Positions 19,831 to 29,680 of a stretch of 64,000 nucleotides of DNA are shown here, one piece after another (within the stretch, counting starts at the first letter, position 1; each line of letters starts with the position of its first letter). Origin of the DNA: Tardiphaga sp. (GTDB lineage: Bacteria; Pseudomonadota; Alphaproteobacteria; Rhizobiales; Xanthobacteraceae); the NCBI RefSeq assembly GCF_028290785.1, contig NZ_JAQGJD010000333.1, positions 108 through 64,107 on the forward strand. Direction: 5' to 3'. A program made the translations under genes and the position numbers. A model generated the notes under the pieces. It saw nothing but the letters and a program-made list of their open reading frames with translations, searched no databases and was not told the DNA's origin.

Positions 19831-20162
19831 AATGATGAATTCGCTGCGCATGGACCCCGGCGTTTGACGCGCGAAACGGGAGCGGCGGATCCCGGACGCA
19901 TGCCGGTCAACGCGTAAATTCACCAAGTACAGGCTGTATCAGACCGCACATTCCGTCTGTGCAATTTTGACCAGCTAGCGAAAAAATCCATCGATGGTTG
20001 CATCCAGATCGATGGATCGATCGCTTCAGGGCGCATACCGGCGGCGCGCTATTGCGGATCGCCGGCGCGCGGCGGCGCAAAGTTTACGCCAGCCCGTTCA
20101 TTGCACCGAAATAACTTACGGTCATTTTACTGTGCAGTGCAACGCCGGGATTGTTCAACGCC

Positions 20163-20918
20163 ATGAACCAGCCGCGACCGCCCGCCCTCGAGTTGCGAGG
20201 GTTGACCAAACGTTTTGACCGTCCGGCGGTCGATGGCCTCGACCTCACGGTGCGCGCTGGAGAATTCTATGCGCTGCTCGGAGCCAACGGCGCCGGCAAG
20301 ACCACCACGCTGCGCATGGTCGCGGGGCTGCTGCGGCCGGATGCCGGCTCGGTTTCGGTGCTGGGCATCGACGCGTTGAAAGATCCGGTCGCGGCCAAGC
20401 AGATTACCGCCTGGGTTTCCGACGAACCGATGATCTACGACAAGCTGACGCCGCTGGAATACCTCGAATTCGTCGCCGGCCTGTGGGGCTGCGAGGCGGC
20501 CGCTGCCGAACGTACCGCGCGCGAACTGCTGGAGTCGCTCGGGCTCGCGCCGCATCTGCATGAGCGTTGCGAGGGATTTTCCAAGGGCATGCGGCAGAAG
20601 GTGGCCCTCGCGGGTGCGCTGGTCCACGACCCCCGCCTGATCATTCTCGACGAGCCGCTGACTGGGCTCGACGCCGTTTCCGCGCGCCACGTGAAGCATC
20701 TGCTGCAGATGCGCGTCCGCGCCGGCTGCACCGTCATCATGACCACCCATATTCTAGAGGTAGCAGAGCGGATGGCCGATCGGATCGGCGTGATTTCCGC
20801 GGGGCGGCTGATCGCCGAGGGCACGCTGGCCGAATTGCGGCAGCAGAACGGGCAGGGCGATACCAGCCTCGAAGACATGTTCGTGGCGCTGGTGGAAAGC
20901 GCGCCGGCCGCCGCATGA
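20163..20918 (+). CDS. ABC transporter ATP-binding protein
   Basis: GANGAGKTT, FSKGMRQK, ILDEP, TTH. Confidence 0.94.
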   Translation: MNQPRPPALELRGLTKRFDRPAVDGLDLTVRAGEFYALLGANGAGKTTTLRMVAGLLRPDAGSVSVLGIDALKDPVAAKQITAWVSDEPMIYDKLTPLEYLEFVAGLWGCEAAAAERTARELLESLGLAPHLHERCEGFSKGMRQKVALAGALVHDPRLIILDEPLTGLDAVSARHVKHLLQMRVRAGCTVIMTTHILEVAERMADRIGVISAGRLIAEGTLAELRQQNGQGDTSLEDMFVALVESAPAAA

Positions 20919-22438
20919 GGAACTCTGCCGGAGTGATGTGGTTTGCCGGCCACGAGATCCGGCTGACATGGCGCGAATGGCTGGGCATGCTGACCGCCGG
21001 CCGGCGCTGGCGCCCCCGCAGCGCCTCGATCATGCTCGTCGCGTTTGTGATCTTTCTGCACCTCCCGGCCTATGCCGTGGTCGGCCGTTTCGCCGACGTA
21101 CAGATGCCGCTGGATCGATCGTCGTTGATTGTCATCACGGCTTGTCTGTTCCTGGCCTGGGCCTTGATGCTGTCGCAGGCGATCGAATCCGTCACCCGGG
21201 TGTTCTATGCGCGGGCCGATCTCGATCTCATCATGTCATCGCCGGTGGCGCTGACCAATGTATTCTCGGTGCGGATCGCTGCGATTGCATTGACGGTAAC
21301 GCTGATGGCGATGTTGCTGGCGACGCCGTTCATCGACGTGCTGGTAATCTGGGGCGGCATTCGCTGGCTTTCGACCTATGTGGTGGTCGTGGCGATTGGC
21401 CTGTCGGCGGCGGCGGTCGCCATCGCGGTTACGGTCGCTCTGTTCAAGATCTGCGGCCCGGCCAAAACCCGCGCGGTGGCGCAGGTGATCTCCGCCGTGA
21501 CCGGAGCCGGGTTCGTGATCGCGCTGCAGGTCGCGGCGATCCTGTCTTACGGCACGCTGTCGCGCTTCGCCGTGCTGACGTCGGACGCGGCGGCGTCGTT
21601 TGCCCCGGGCGGCGGCAGCCTGCTGTGGTGGCCGGCGCGGGCCATACTCGGCGATGTCGCGGCGCTGCTGCCGCTGCTCGGCGGCAGCCTGCTCCTGCTC
21701 GGCGCCACCATGGCGGTATTCTCGCCGCGCTTCAGCGACTATGTCGCCAGCGTGTCGCCCAAGATCGAATCCCGCAAACCCGCTGCGCCGCGGCCGTTCC
21801 GGAAGGGCTCGCCGCAGCGCGCGCTTCGCCGCAAGGAATTGCTACTGCTGTGGCGCGATCCCTGGCTGATGTCGCAGACGCTGATGCAGTTGCTGTACCT
21901 TCTGCCTCCGGCGCTGATGCTGTGGCGGAGTTTCGACGAGGGCGCCGGCGCCTTCATCGTGCTGGCGCCGGTGATCGTGATGGCTGCGGGCCAGCTCGCA
22001 GGCGGACTGGCCTGGTTGACCATTTCCGGGGAAGACGCCGCCGATCTCGTCGCCACCGCCCCGTTGCCGGCAGCGTCTGTAACGCGAGCCAAGATCGAGG
22101 TCGTGCTGATCCTCATCGCCTTGCTGTTTGCGCCACTGATTGCGGCACTGGCTTTGGTTTCGCTCGCGCTCGCCGTAGTTACGGCGCTGGCGACTGTCCT
22201 CGCCGCTGCGTCGGCGACATCGATCCAGCTCTGGTTTCGGGTGCAGGCGCGGCGCAGCCAGTTCCGCCGACGCCAGACATCATCGCGGATCGCGACCTTT
22301 GCCGAAGCTTTCGCATCGATCGGCTGGGCCGCCACCGCAGCGCTGGCGCTGGTGGCCCCGCTGGTCGCAGCCGTTACGGCGCTGATGACGGCTGCCGTGA
22401 TTGCGCTGACCTGGAAGATCAGCCCGTCGCGCGCATAA
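20915..22438 (+). CDS. ABC-2-type exporter permease
   Basis: Many TM segments, DLDLIMSSP and RKELLLLWRDP; ATGA overlap with the ATPase gene. Confidence 0.85.
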   Translation: MRNSAGVMWFAGHEIRLTWREWLGMLTAGRRWRPRSASIMLVAFVIFLHLPAYAVVGRFADVQMPLDRSSLIVITACLFLAWALMLSQAIESVTRVFYARADLDLIMSSPVALTNVFSVRIAAIALTVTLMAMLLATPFIDVLVIWGGIRWLSTYVVVVAIGLSAAAVAIAVTVALFKICGPAKTRAVAQVISAVTGAGFVIALQVAAILSYGTLSRFAVLTSDAAASFAPGGGSLLWWPARAILGDVAALLPLLGGSLLLLGATMAVFSPRFSDYVASVSPKIESRKPAAPRPFRKGSPQRALRRKELLLLWRDPWLMSQTLMQLLYLLPPALMLWRSFDEGAGAFIVLAPVIVMAAGQLAGGLAWLTISGEDAADLVATAPLPAASVTRAKIEVVLILIALLFAPLIAALALVSLALAVVTALATVLAAASATSIQLWFRVQARRSQFRRRQTSSRIATFAEAFASIGWAATAALALVAPLVAAVTALMTAAVIALTWKISPSRA

Positions 22439-22526
22439 CAAACGTCGCCCGAGAGCCAGGCGATTTTTCACATGCACGGGCTGTCCCTCGGTCGCTCCCC
22501 TAAGCGATATCAATAGCGCAACGCCC

Positions 22527-22551
22527 GGAACCAAAGTTCCTGCTGCACATT
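22527..22551 (+). promoter_or_regulatory. Putative sigma-EcfG promoter
   Basis: GGAAC-N16-CATT (GGAAC-N18-TT) just upstream of the RBS of 22595. Confidence 0.6.
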
Positions 22552-22594
22552 GAATGCGCACTCGAAACAGGACGCCCGCCGGGCAGGAGCTATC

Positions 22595-23431
22595 ATGATA
22601 GACGCAGTAGTTATTCAACCCGCAGATACAGGCGAAGCCGCCGGTTCAAGCGTTTCCTGGCCAGCTATCTTTGCGGGTGCCGTTGTCTCATGCGCCTTGA
22701 CGCTGGTGTTGCTGACGCTCGGCGTGGCCCTCGGCGCGACCTCGGTCTCGCCATGGTCCGGTTCAGGTGTTTCTGCAACGACCTTCAAGGTTGCGACCGG
22801 AATCTACCTCATCGTCATCGCTATGCTGTCGTCGTCGATTGGCGGTTACATCGCCGGCCGGCTGCGCACGCGCTGGGTTGGCGTTCATACCGACGAGGTC
22901 TATTTCCGCGATACCGCGCATGGCTTCATTACTTGGGCGTTCGCTTCTGTGCTCGGTGCGTTGCTGCTGGCGACGCCGGCATCGAGCATCATGGGCAGCG
23001 CCGCGTCCGGCGCCGCGCAGGGCGTGGCTTCCAACGCCGGTCCGATGGACGGCTACCTCGACACGTTGCTGCGCTCAGATACGCCGGCTGCTAACAGCAG
23101 TGCCGCCGACTCGCGGGGCGAACTGAGCCGTCTGTTCACCTCCAGCTTCAAGGCCGGCGGTGACATGAAGCCCGCCGACAAGACCTATGTGGCCAAGGTT
23201 GTTTCCGCACGCACCGGCCTCAGCCAGGCGGACGCTGAAGCCCGAGTGAATCAGGTCGTGACCGAAGCCAAGGCCAACCTGGACGCGGCCCGCAAGGCCA
23301 CTGCGGCGCTGGCCTTCTGGCTGACCGCTTCGTTGCTGCTCGGTGCCTTCTGCGCCAGCCTGGCTGCAACGGAAGGCGGCGGATTGCGCGACGGTACTTG
23401 GGGAACAAAAACCCATCGTTCGAATATCTAA
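22595..23431 (+). CDS. Conserved-type hypothetical membrane protein
   Basis: SVSWPAIFAGA, GGYIAGRLR, FRDTAHG, 4 TM segments; AGGAG RBS. Confidence 0.85.
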   Translation: MIDAVVIQPADTGEAAGSSVSWPAIFAGAVVSCALTLVLLTLGVALGATSVSPWSGSGVSATTFKVATGIYLIVIAMLSSSIGGYIAGRLRTRWVGVHTDEVYFRDTAHGFITWAFASVLGALLLATPASSIMGSAASGAAQGVASNAGPMDGYLDTLLRSDTPAANSSAADSRGELSRLFTSSFKAGGDMKPADKTYVAKVVSARTGLSQADAEARVNQVVTEAKANLDAARKATAALAFWLTASLLLGAFCASLAATEGGGLRDGTWGTKTHRSNI

Positions 23432-23454
23432 CCTGTCAACCGAAAGGAAATCAC

Positions 23455-23523
23455 ATGCCCATTCTTCTCTGGCTCGTCGGAATTCCGATTCCCCTGATCA
23501 TCCTGTTCCTGCTGCTTCGCTAA
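23455..23523 (+). CDS. 22-aa hydrophobic micropeptide MPILLWLVGIPIPLIILFLLLR (below the ORF-track cutoff)
   Basis: Strong RBS AAAGGA, ATG, tandem TAATAA stops, then a terminator. Confidence 0.72.
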   Translation: MPILLWLVGIPIPLIILFLLLR

Positions 23524-23531
23524 TAACGAAC

Positions 23532-23563
23532 AAAAGCCCGCCGAGATGATCGGCGGGCTTTTT
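23532..23563 (+). terminator. Rho-independent terminator (possibly bidirectional)
   Basis: AAAAGCCCGCCGA-GATGA-TCGGCGGGCTTTTT. Confidence 0.85.
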
Positions 23564-23682
23564 GCAATGCGCAGCAAGCTGCATTCGTATCATCATCCAA
23601 GCCTTCGGCGCAAACGAATGCCCGGCGCGATGCCGGGCATCAAGAAGCAAGAGAGTGCGTGTTTGTGCCGGTGGCCGAAGGC

Positions 23683-24528
23683 TCAGGCCACCATGGAGAT
23701 CGGCGCAACCGCGGTGGGTTCGTCAGAAACCTCGTCGGTGATCACCTGGAATTTGGCCAAAGGGGCAGGACCAAAGGCGGTGGAGATCGCCACGTCGGCA
23801 GCGTCTCGGCCACGTGCCATCACGATGCGGCCGATGCGCGGATGATTGTGGCGCGCATCGAACGTATACCAGTGGCCATCAAGGTAGACTTCGAACCAGG
23901 CGCTGAAATCCATCGGCGCCGGATCGATGGGGACGCCGATGTCGCCGAGATAGCCAGTGCAGTATCGCGCCGGAATATTCATGCAGCGGCAGAGGGTGAC
24001 GGCGAGGTGAGCGAAGTCACGGCAAACGCCGACGCGTTCGTCGTGGCCTTCAAAGGCGGTGCGGTCGTTGCGGGCATGGCGATAGCCGAACTCTATGCGA
24101 TGATGGACGTAATCGACAATTGCCTGGACGCGCTGCCAGCCACCGATGACGCCCCCGAACATCGACCACGCCAGGTCAGATAGCTTCTGGGTGTCGCAGT
24201 AGCGGCTGCCCAGCAGGTAAACAAGCACGTCGTCCGGCAATTGCGCGATCGGCGTCTGCTGCGCATCGGGCGCCACTGCATCCGGCAGTCCGCTGTCGGA
24301 AATCAGAAACTCGTTCTTGATCTCGATGACGCCAGGCGGCGCGATGATGCGGGTGCAGGTGTTGCCGAACATATCAAGATAGTCGTGGGCCTGAACGTCC
24401 TGCGAGAAACTGATGCGATGCGGACTCTGCAGATCCTTGGCCCGGGAAGGGTGGATGCTCAGCATCAGGATCATGGGCGTTTCCTGAAGGCACTGAAACG
24501 CGATGTCGTAGCCGGCACGGATCTGCAC
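23683..24528 (-). CDS. Transglutaminase-like family protein
   Basis: LLGSRYCDT, GVCRDFAHL, PARYCTGYLGDIG, DFSAWFEVYL..WYTFDAR. Confidence 0.92.
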   Translation of the reverse strand: MQIRAGYDIAFQCLQETPMILMLSIHPSRAKDLQSPHRISFSQDVQAHDYLDMFGNTCTRIIAPPGVIEIKNEFLISDSGLPDAVAPDAQQTPIAQLPDDVLVYLLGSRYCDTQKLSDLAWSMFGGVIGGWQRVQAIVDYVHHRIEFGYRHARNDRTAFEGHDERVGVCRDFAHLAVTLCRCMNIPARYCTGYLGDIGVPIDPAPMDFSAWFEVYLDGHWYTFDARHNHPRIGRIVMARGRDAADVAISTAFGPAPLAKFQVITDEVSDEPTAVAPISMVA

Positions 24529-24573
24529 TGCGGGTCTCCATTCGTTGGGAAATCAAAAATAATGTTTCCAAAC

Positions 24574-24598
24574 AAGTGTAGTCGGCAAACTTCGTTCC
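24574..24598 (-). promoter_or_regulatory. Putative sigma-EcfG promoter
   Basis: Minus strand GGAAC-GAAGTTTGCCGACTACAC-TT. Confidence 0.55.
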
Positions 24599-24647
24599 GA
24601 GGTTCAATAAGCGGAATGTGCCGAAATTGTGTGCAGACAATACAACT

Positions 24648-24677
24648 TCGCCGCCCCGGCGATGGCCGGGGCGGCGA
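24648..24677. terminator. 13-bp GC hairpin downstream of glgX
   Basis: TCGCCGCCCCGGC-GATG-GCCGGGGCGGCGA; weak U-tail. Confidence 0.5.
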
Positions 24678-24701
24678 GCTATAGGATGAATGTGTAGCCG
24701 A

Positions 24702-26882
24702 TCAGGCCCTCTTGGAAGGCCTGTCGCCGCGCTTCTTGTCAGCAACCGGCTTCGCCGGCGCCGCCTTGGCTGCGTCCGTCCTCTTCATCTTCAACATCAG
24801 CAGCGAACGTCCGGTGACCTGATAGGCATGGCCGAACGGAAATATGTTGCCTTGCGGGGTCTGCGGCAGGTTGGTATCGACCAGCAATTCCCAGTCCGCG
24901 CCGCCGGTGGCTTCCGGCAGGGTGAAATCGACTACACCCTCGAAGCCGTTGAGGACCAGCAATATGGTCTCGTCCCCCGCCTGCTTGCGGATGCCGGTCT
25001 TCTGAGCGCGGCCATCCAACAGCATGCCGAAGCACTTCATGTTGGTGTCGGACCAATGGTCGTCGGCCATCGGGCCGCCGTTGGCGTTGATCCAGGTCAG
25101 GTCGCGAACATCCAGCGTCTCATCGTATTCCCCGGTGAGGAAGCGGGTGCGGCGGAGCACCGAGTTGTCCTTGACCAGCTTGATGGCACGCTTGGTGAAG
25201 TCGAGCAGTTCCTTGCCGTCGGCATCGAACTCCCAATTGAACCAAGAGATTTCGCTGTCCTGGCAATAGGCATTGTTGTTGCCGTGCTGAGTGCGGCCGA
25301 ACTCGTCGCCGCCGAGCAGCATCGGCGTGCCCTGCGAGAACAACAGCGTCGCTAGCATGTTGCGCTTCTGCCGGTTACGCAGCGCCAGGACCTCCTTGTC
25401 GTCGGTCGGGCCTTCGACGCCGCAATTCCACGAGGCGTTGTTGGAAGAGCCGTCCTTGCCGTCTTCGCCGTTGGCCTCGTTGTGCTTGTCGTTGTAGCTG
25501 GCCCAGTCGTTCAGGGTGAAACCGTCATGGGCCGTGACGAAATTGACGCTGGCCCAGGAGCGGCGGCCGTGGTGGTTGAACATGTCGCCCGACGCCGACA
25601 GTCGCGGCGCGATCGCCGCGACAGGCGCCTCGCCGCGCCAGAAGTCGCGGGTGATGTCGCGGAACTTGTCGTTCCATTCCGCCCAGCCGGGCGGGAAACC
25701 GCCGACCTGATAACCGCCGGGGCCGATGTCCCAGGGCTCGGCAATCAGCTTGACGGTGGTGAGCAGCGGGTCCTGATCGACGGCCTTGAGGAAGCCGCTC
25801 TGCTCGTCGAAGCCGTATACTTCGCGTGCCAGGATGGTGCCGAGATCGAACCGGAAGCCGTCGATGTGCATCTCGCTGACCCAATAGCGCAGGCTGTCGG
25901 CCACCATCTGGATGACGCGCGCATGCGACAGGTTCACCGTATTGCCGGTGCCGGTGTCATTGATGTAATAGCGCTTCTTGTCCGGCATCAGCCGGTAATA
26001 GCTGGCGTTGTCGATGCCCTTGAACGACAGGGTGGGGCCGAGTTCGTTGCCTTCCGCAGTATGGTTGTAGACCACGTCGAGGATCACCTCGAGACCGCCG
26101 GCGTGCAGCTTCGCCACCATCTCCTTGAACTCGCGCAAGCTGTTCGGCACGTCCGAGGCGTAGCGCGGATCCGGCGCGAAAAAGCCGATCGAGTTGTAAC
26201 CCCAGTAGTTGGTGAGGTTCTTGTCGAGCAGATAATCGTCGTTGATAAAAGTGTGGATGGGCAGCAACTCGACCGATGTGACGCCGAGCCCGGTCAGATA
26301 ATCCACCACCGGCTTGCTGCCGAAGCCGGGATAGGTGCCGCGCAGCTTTTCCGGCACGTCCGGATGCTGCATCGTAAAACCCTTCACATGGGTTTCATAG
26401 ATGATGGTCTGGTCCCACGGCACGTTCTGCCGGCCGGCCTCGCCGGTCCAGTCGAAGTCCTTATCGACTACGACGCAGCGCGGCATGAACGGCGCCGAGT
26501 CGCGCTCGTCGAACGTCGTGTCGTCGCCGGTTTCCATCTGATAGCCGAACACGGCTGGATTCCACTCCAGCGTCCCGGCATGCGCCCTCGCATAGGGATC
26601 GAGCAGCAGCTTGTTCGGATTGAAGCGGTGGCCGTTTTCCGGTTCGTAGGGGCCATGCACACGGTAGCCGTAGAAGGTGCCCGGCGCGACGCCGGAGATA
26701 TAGCCGTGGAAAACTTCGTCGGTATATTCCGGCAGTTCAATGCGGGTTTCTTTATCGCCATCGAACAGGCAGATTTCGACTTTGGTGGCGTTGGCGGAGA
26801 ACAGCGCGAAATTAGTGCCGCTCCCGTCCCAATGTGCGCCCAAGGGATAGGGTAAGCCTTCTTCGACCGTTCTGTTCGTCAC
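24702..26882 (-). CDS. glgX: Glycogen debranching enzyme
   Basis: PYPLGA, NYWGYNS, DVVYNHTAEG, DGFRFDLG, IAEPWD, FVTAHDGFTL, GNNNAYCQD. Confidence 0.96.
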   Translation of the reverse strand: MTNRTVEEGLPYPLGAHWDGSGTNFALFSANATKVEICLFDGDKETRIELPEYTDEVFHGYISGVAPGTFYGYRVHGPYEPENGHRFNPNKLLLDPYARAHAGTLEWNPAVFGYQMETGDDTTFDERDSAPFMPRCVVVDKDFDWTGEAGRQNVPWDQTIIYETHVKGFTMQHPDVPEKLRGTYPGFGSKPVVDYLTGLGVTSVELLPIHTFINDDYLLDKNLTNYWGYNSIGFFAPDPRYASDVPNSLREFKEMVAKLHAGGLEVILDVVYNHTAEGNELGPTLSFKGIDNASYYRLMPDKKRYYINDTGTGNTVNLSHARVIQMVADSLRYWVSEMHIDGFRFDLGTILAREVYGFDEQSGFLKAVDQDPLLTTVKLIAEPWDIGPGGYQVGGFPPGWAEWNDKFRDITRDFWRGEAPVAAIAPRLSASGDMFNHHGRRSWASVNFVTAHDGFTLNDWASYNDKHNEANGEDGKDGSSNNASWNCGVEGPTDDKEVLALRNRQKRNMLATLLFSQGTPMLLGGDEFGRTQHGNNNAYCQDSEISWFNWEFDADGKELLDFTKRAIKLVKDNSVLRRTRFLTGEYDETLDVRDLTWINANGGPMADDHWSDTNMKCFGMLLDGRAQKTGIRKQAGDETILLVLNGFEGVVDFTLPEATGGADWELLVDTNLPQTPQGNIFPFGHAYQVTGRSLLMLKMKRTDAAKAAPAKPVADKKRGDRPSKRA

Positions 26883-27012
26883 GATTGCCCCATAAGCTGA
26901 TGATAATTGCGCGGGATAACGGCCGGAGTTCCAATACGTTGCAGTGCAGTCCGCCGGTTTGCCGATTTATCTTCGTCTGTGCGAAATGGACGCCATACTC
27001 CGGAGCCCGTCG

Positions 27013-27984
27013 ATGACCGATCTGTCCCACCACCGGCGCATCGCGCTGCTCGGCGCGCCGGTCGAGGTCGGCGCCTCACAGCGCGGCACCTTGATGGGTC
27101 CGGCCGCGATGCGCACGGCCGGCCTCGGCGCACTGCTGGAAGAACTGGGCTTTACGGTCGAGGACCATGGCGACCTGGCGCCGCTCGATGGCCATCCGGT
27201 GATCGATACGCCACCGGAAAATGCCAAGCACTACCGCGACATCCAGAAATGGATTCAAGCGTTGAGCGCGCGTGCCTACGTGCTGGCGCAGTCCGGGGCG
27301 CTGCCGATCTTCATCGGCGGCGACCACAGCCTGTCGATGGGCTCGGTCAACGGCGTGGCGCGGCACTGGCACGAACAGGGCCGCGAGCTGTTCGTGCTGT
27401 GGCTTGACGCGCATGCCGATTACAACACGCCGGCCACCACCATCACGGGCAATATGCACGGCATGTCGGCGGCGTTCCTGTGCGGCGAACCTGGGCTCGA
27501 CGGTCTGCTCGGCGCCGAGCCGCGGGCATCGATTACGCCGGCTCATCTCGATTTGTTCGGCATCCGCTCGATCGACAGGCTCGAAAAGGAGCTGGTGCGG
27601 CAACGCCGGATCGCGGTCGCGGACATGCGACAGATCGACGAATTTGGCGTCAGCGTGCTGATCCGCCGCGTCATCGACCGCGTCAGGGCGCGCAACGGCG
27701 TGCTGCATGTCTCGTTCGATGTGGATTTCCTCGATCCCGCCGCCGCACCCGGAGTCGGAACGATGGTGCCCGGCGGGGCGACCTATCGCGAGGCGCATCT
27801 GATCATGGAGCTGCTGCACGATTCCGGGCTGATGTGCTCGCTCGATGTGGTCGAGCTCAACCCTTTCCTCGACGAGCGCGGCCGCACCGCCCGCGTCATG
27901 GTCGAGCTGGTCGGCAGCCTGTTCGGCCAGCAGATTACGGATCGGCGGACGCCCAGCAATGCGATTTTTCCGACGGGGGAGTGA
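27013..27984 (+). CDS. rocF: Arginase
   Basis: GGDHSLS, WLDAHAD, GNMHGM, SFDVDFLDP, VELNP. Confidence 0.92.
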   Translation: MTDLSHHRRIALLGAPVEVGASQRGTLMGPAAMRTAGLGALLEELGFTVEDHGDLAPLDGHPVIDTPPENAKHYRDIQKWIQALSARAYVLAQSGALPIFIGGDHSLSMGSVNGVARHWHEQGRELFVLWLDAHADYNTPATTITGNMHGMSAAFLCGEPGLDGLLGAEPRASITPAHLDLFGIRSIDRLEKELVRQRRIAVADMRQIDEFGVSVLIRRVIDRVRARNGVLHVSFDVDFLDPAAAPGVGTMVPGGATYREAHLIMELLHDSGLMCSLDVVELNPFLDERGRTARVMVELVGSLFGQQITDRRTPSNAIFPTGE

Positions 27985-28006
27985 CGTCGTCGCGGGTCCG
28001 GAGTTC

Positions 28007-28061
28007 GTCATGCCCGGCTGTGCATGACATCGTGGATGGCCGGGACAGGCCCGGTCATGAC
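28007..28061. repeat. Degenerate GTCATG...CATGAC palindromic element
   Basis: Shares TGACATCGTGGATGGCCGGGA with 7488-7561. Confidence 0.65.
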
Positions 28062-28140
28062 GAACTGGAGTCATGTATTCCGCCCGGGACATGGAATGCG
28101 AGCTAGACTAACAGAAGCGCCAGTAATGCAGGGAGACATC

Positions 28141-29595
28141 ATGGCCATTCTGATCAGCGGCGGGACCGTCGTGAACCACGATCACTCCCGTCGCGCCGAC
28201 GTACTCATCGAGGACGGCCTTATCGCTGCGGTAGGCGCCGGGCTCGATGCGCCTGCCGGCGCCGAGGTGGTCGATGCCGGCGGTTGCTATGTGATGCCGG
28301 GTGGCATCGATCCGCATACCCACCTCGAACTGCCGTTCATGGGCAGCGTTTCGGCCGATGATTTCGAATGGGGCACCAAGGCGGCCCTGTCCGGCGGCAC
28401 CACCATGGTGGTGGATTTCTGCATTCCGGATCCCGGCCAGTCGATGCTGGCCGCCTATCAGGACTGGCGTCACCGTTCGGAGAAGGCGGCGTCGGACTAC
28501 GGCTTCCACATGGCGGTGACGTCGTGGTCGAAGCAGGTGTTCGACGAGATGGAGACCGTGGTGAAGACCTACGGCATCAACACCTTCAAGCATTTCCTCG
28601 CCTACAAAGGCGCGCTGATGGTGAATGACGACGAGCTGTACGACTCCTTCGCCCGTTGCGCCCAGCTCGGTGCGTTGCCGCTGGTTCACGCCGAGAACGG
28701 TGACGTGGTGGCGCGGATGCAGGAGGCGCTGCTGGAGCGCGGCATCGACGGGCCAGAAGGCCATGCTTTTTCGCGGCCGCCCGAAGTCGAAGGTGAGGCC
28801 ACCAACCGCGCGATTATGATCGCGGACATGACCGGGGCGCCGCTTTATGTGGTGCATACCAGCTGCCGCGAATCCCACGAGGCGATCGCGCGTGCCCGCG
28901 CCAGCGGCAAACGGGTCTATGGCGAGCCGCTGATCCAGCATCTCATGCTCGATGATAGCGAATACGCCCATCGCGACTGGGACCATGCCGCGCGGCGGGT
29001 GATGTCGCCGCCGTTCCGGGCCAAGGCGCATCAGGACAGCCTGTGGGCTGGGCTGCAGTCCGGTTCGCTGCAGGTGGTGGCCACCGACCACTGCGCCTTC
29101 ACCACGCAGCAAAAGCGGCTTGGCATCGGCGACTTCCGCAAGATTCCGAATGGTACCGGCGGACTCGAGGACCGCATGCCGGTGCTGTGGACCGCCGGCG
29201 TCAATACCGGCCGGCTGACCAAAGAGGAGTTCGTTGCGGTGACCTCGGCGAACATCGCCCGCATCCTCAACATCTATCCCCGCAAGGGCGCAATCGCGGT
29301 CGGCTCGGACGCCGATCTGGTGGTTTGGGATCCCTTGGCCAGCAAGACCATCACCGCACAGTCGCAATTCAGCCGGATCGACTACAACGTATTCGAAGGC
29401 TTCCGCTGTACCGGCGCACCGGTGGCGACTCTATCGCGTGGCCAACTCGCCTGGATCGACGGCGATCTGCGCGCGGAGAAGGGCGACGGACGCTATGTCG
29501 AGCGCCCGGCCTTCTCGCCGGTCCACGTCGCCAACAGCAGTTGGAAGCAGCAAGTCGCGCCACGAGGCATCGCCCGGGGCGGAATCACGCCATAA
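28141..29595 (+). CDS. hydA: Dihydropyrimidinase / D-hydantoinase
   Basis: PGGIDPHTH, VHAENG, VMSPP, ATDHC, IPNGTGG. Confidence 0.94.
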   Translation: MAILISGGTVVNHDHSRRADVLIEDGLIAAVGAGLDAPAGAEVVDAGGCYVMPGGIDPHTHLELPFMGSVSADDFEWGTKAALSGGTTMVVDFCIPDPGQSMLAAYQDWRHRSEKAASDYGFHMAVTSWSKQVFDEMETVVKTYGINTFKHFLAYKGALMVNDDELYDSFARCAQLGALPLVHAENGDVVARMQEALLERGIDGPEGHAFSRPPEVEGEATNRAIMIADMTGAPLYVVHTSCRESHEAIARARASGKRVYGEPLIQHLMLDDSEYAHRDWDHAARRVMSPPFRAKAHQDSLWAGLQSGSLQVVATDHCAFTTQQKRLGIGDFRKIPNGTGGLEDRMPVLWTAGVNTGRLTKEEFVAVTSANIARILNIYPRKGAIAVGSDADLVVWDPLASKTITAQSQFSRIDYNVFEGFRCTGAPVATLSRGQLAWIDGDLRAEKGDGRYVERPAFSPVHVANSSWKQQVAPRGIARGGITP

Positions 29596-29621
29596 TTCGG
29601 CGATGGGCCGACGCCCTTTAA

Positions 29622-29646
29622 GGAACCATCAGTGCCATAGGGGATT
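29622..29646 (+). promoter_or_regulatory. Putative sigma-EcfG promoter
   Basis: GGAAC-N18-TT upstream of the RBS of 29681. Confidence 0.55.
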
Positions 29647-29680
29647 GCTTCATCAGCGTTTCATCACAGGGAGCACGCAC

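Noticed and set aside
24619-24635. NtrC-like TGC-N11-GCA site upstream of the transglutaminase gene
   Set aside because: Single degenerate match with no sigma54 element found nearby
26905-26932. sigma-EcfG promoter for glgX
   Set aside because: GGAAC is present on the minus strand but no TT follows at N18, so it was not counted
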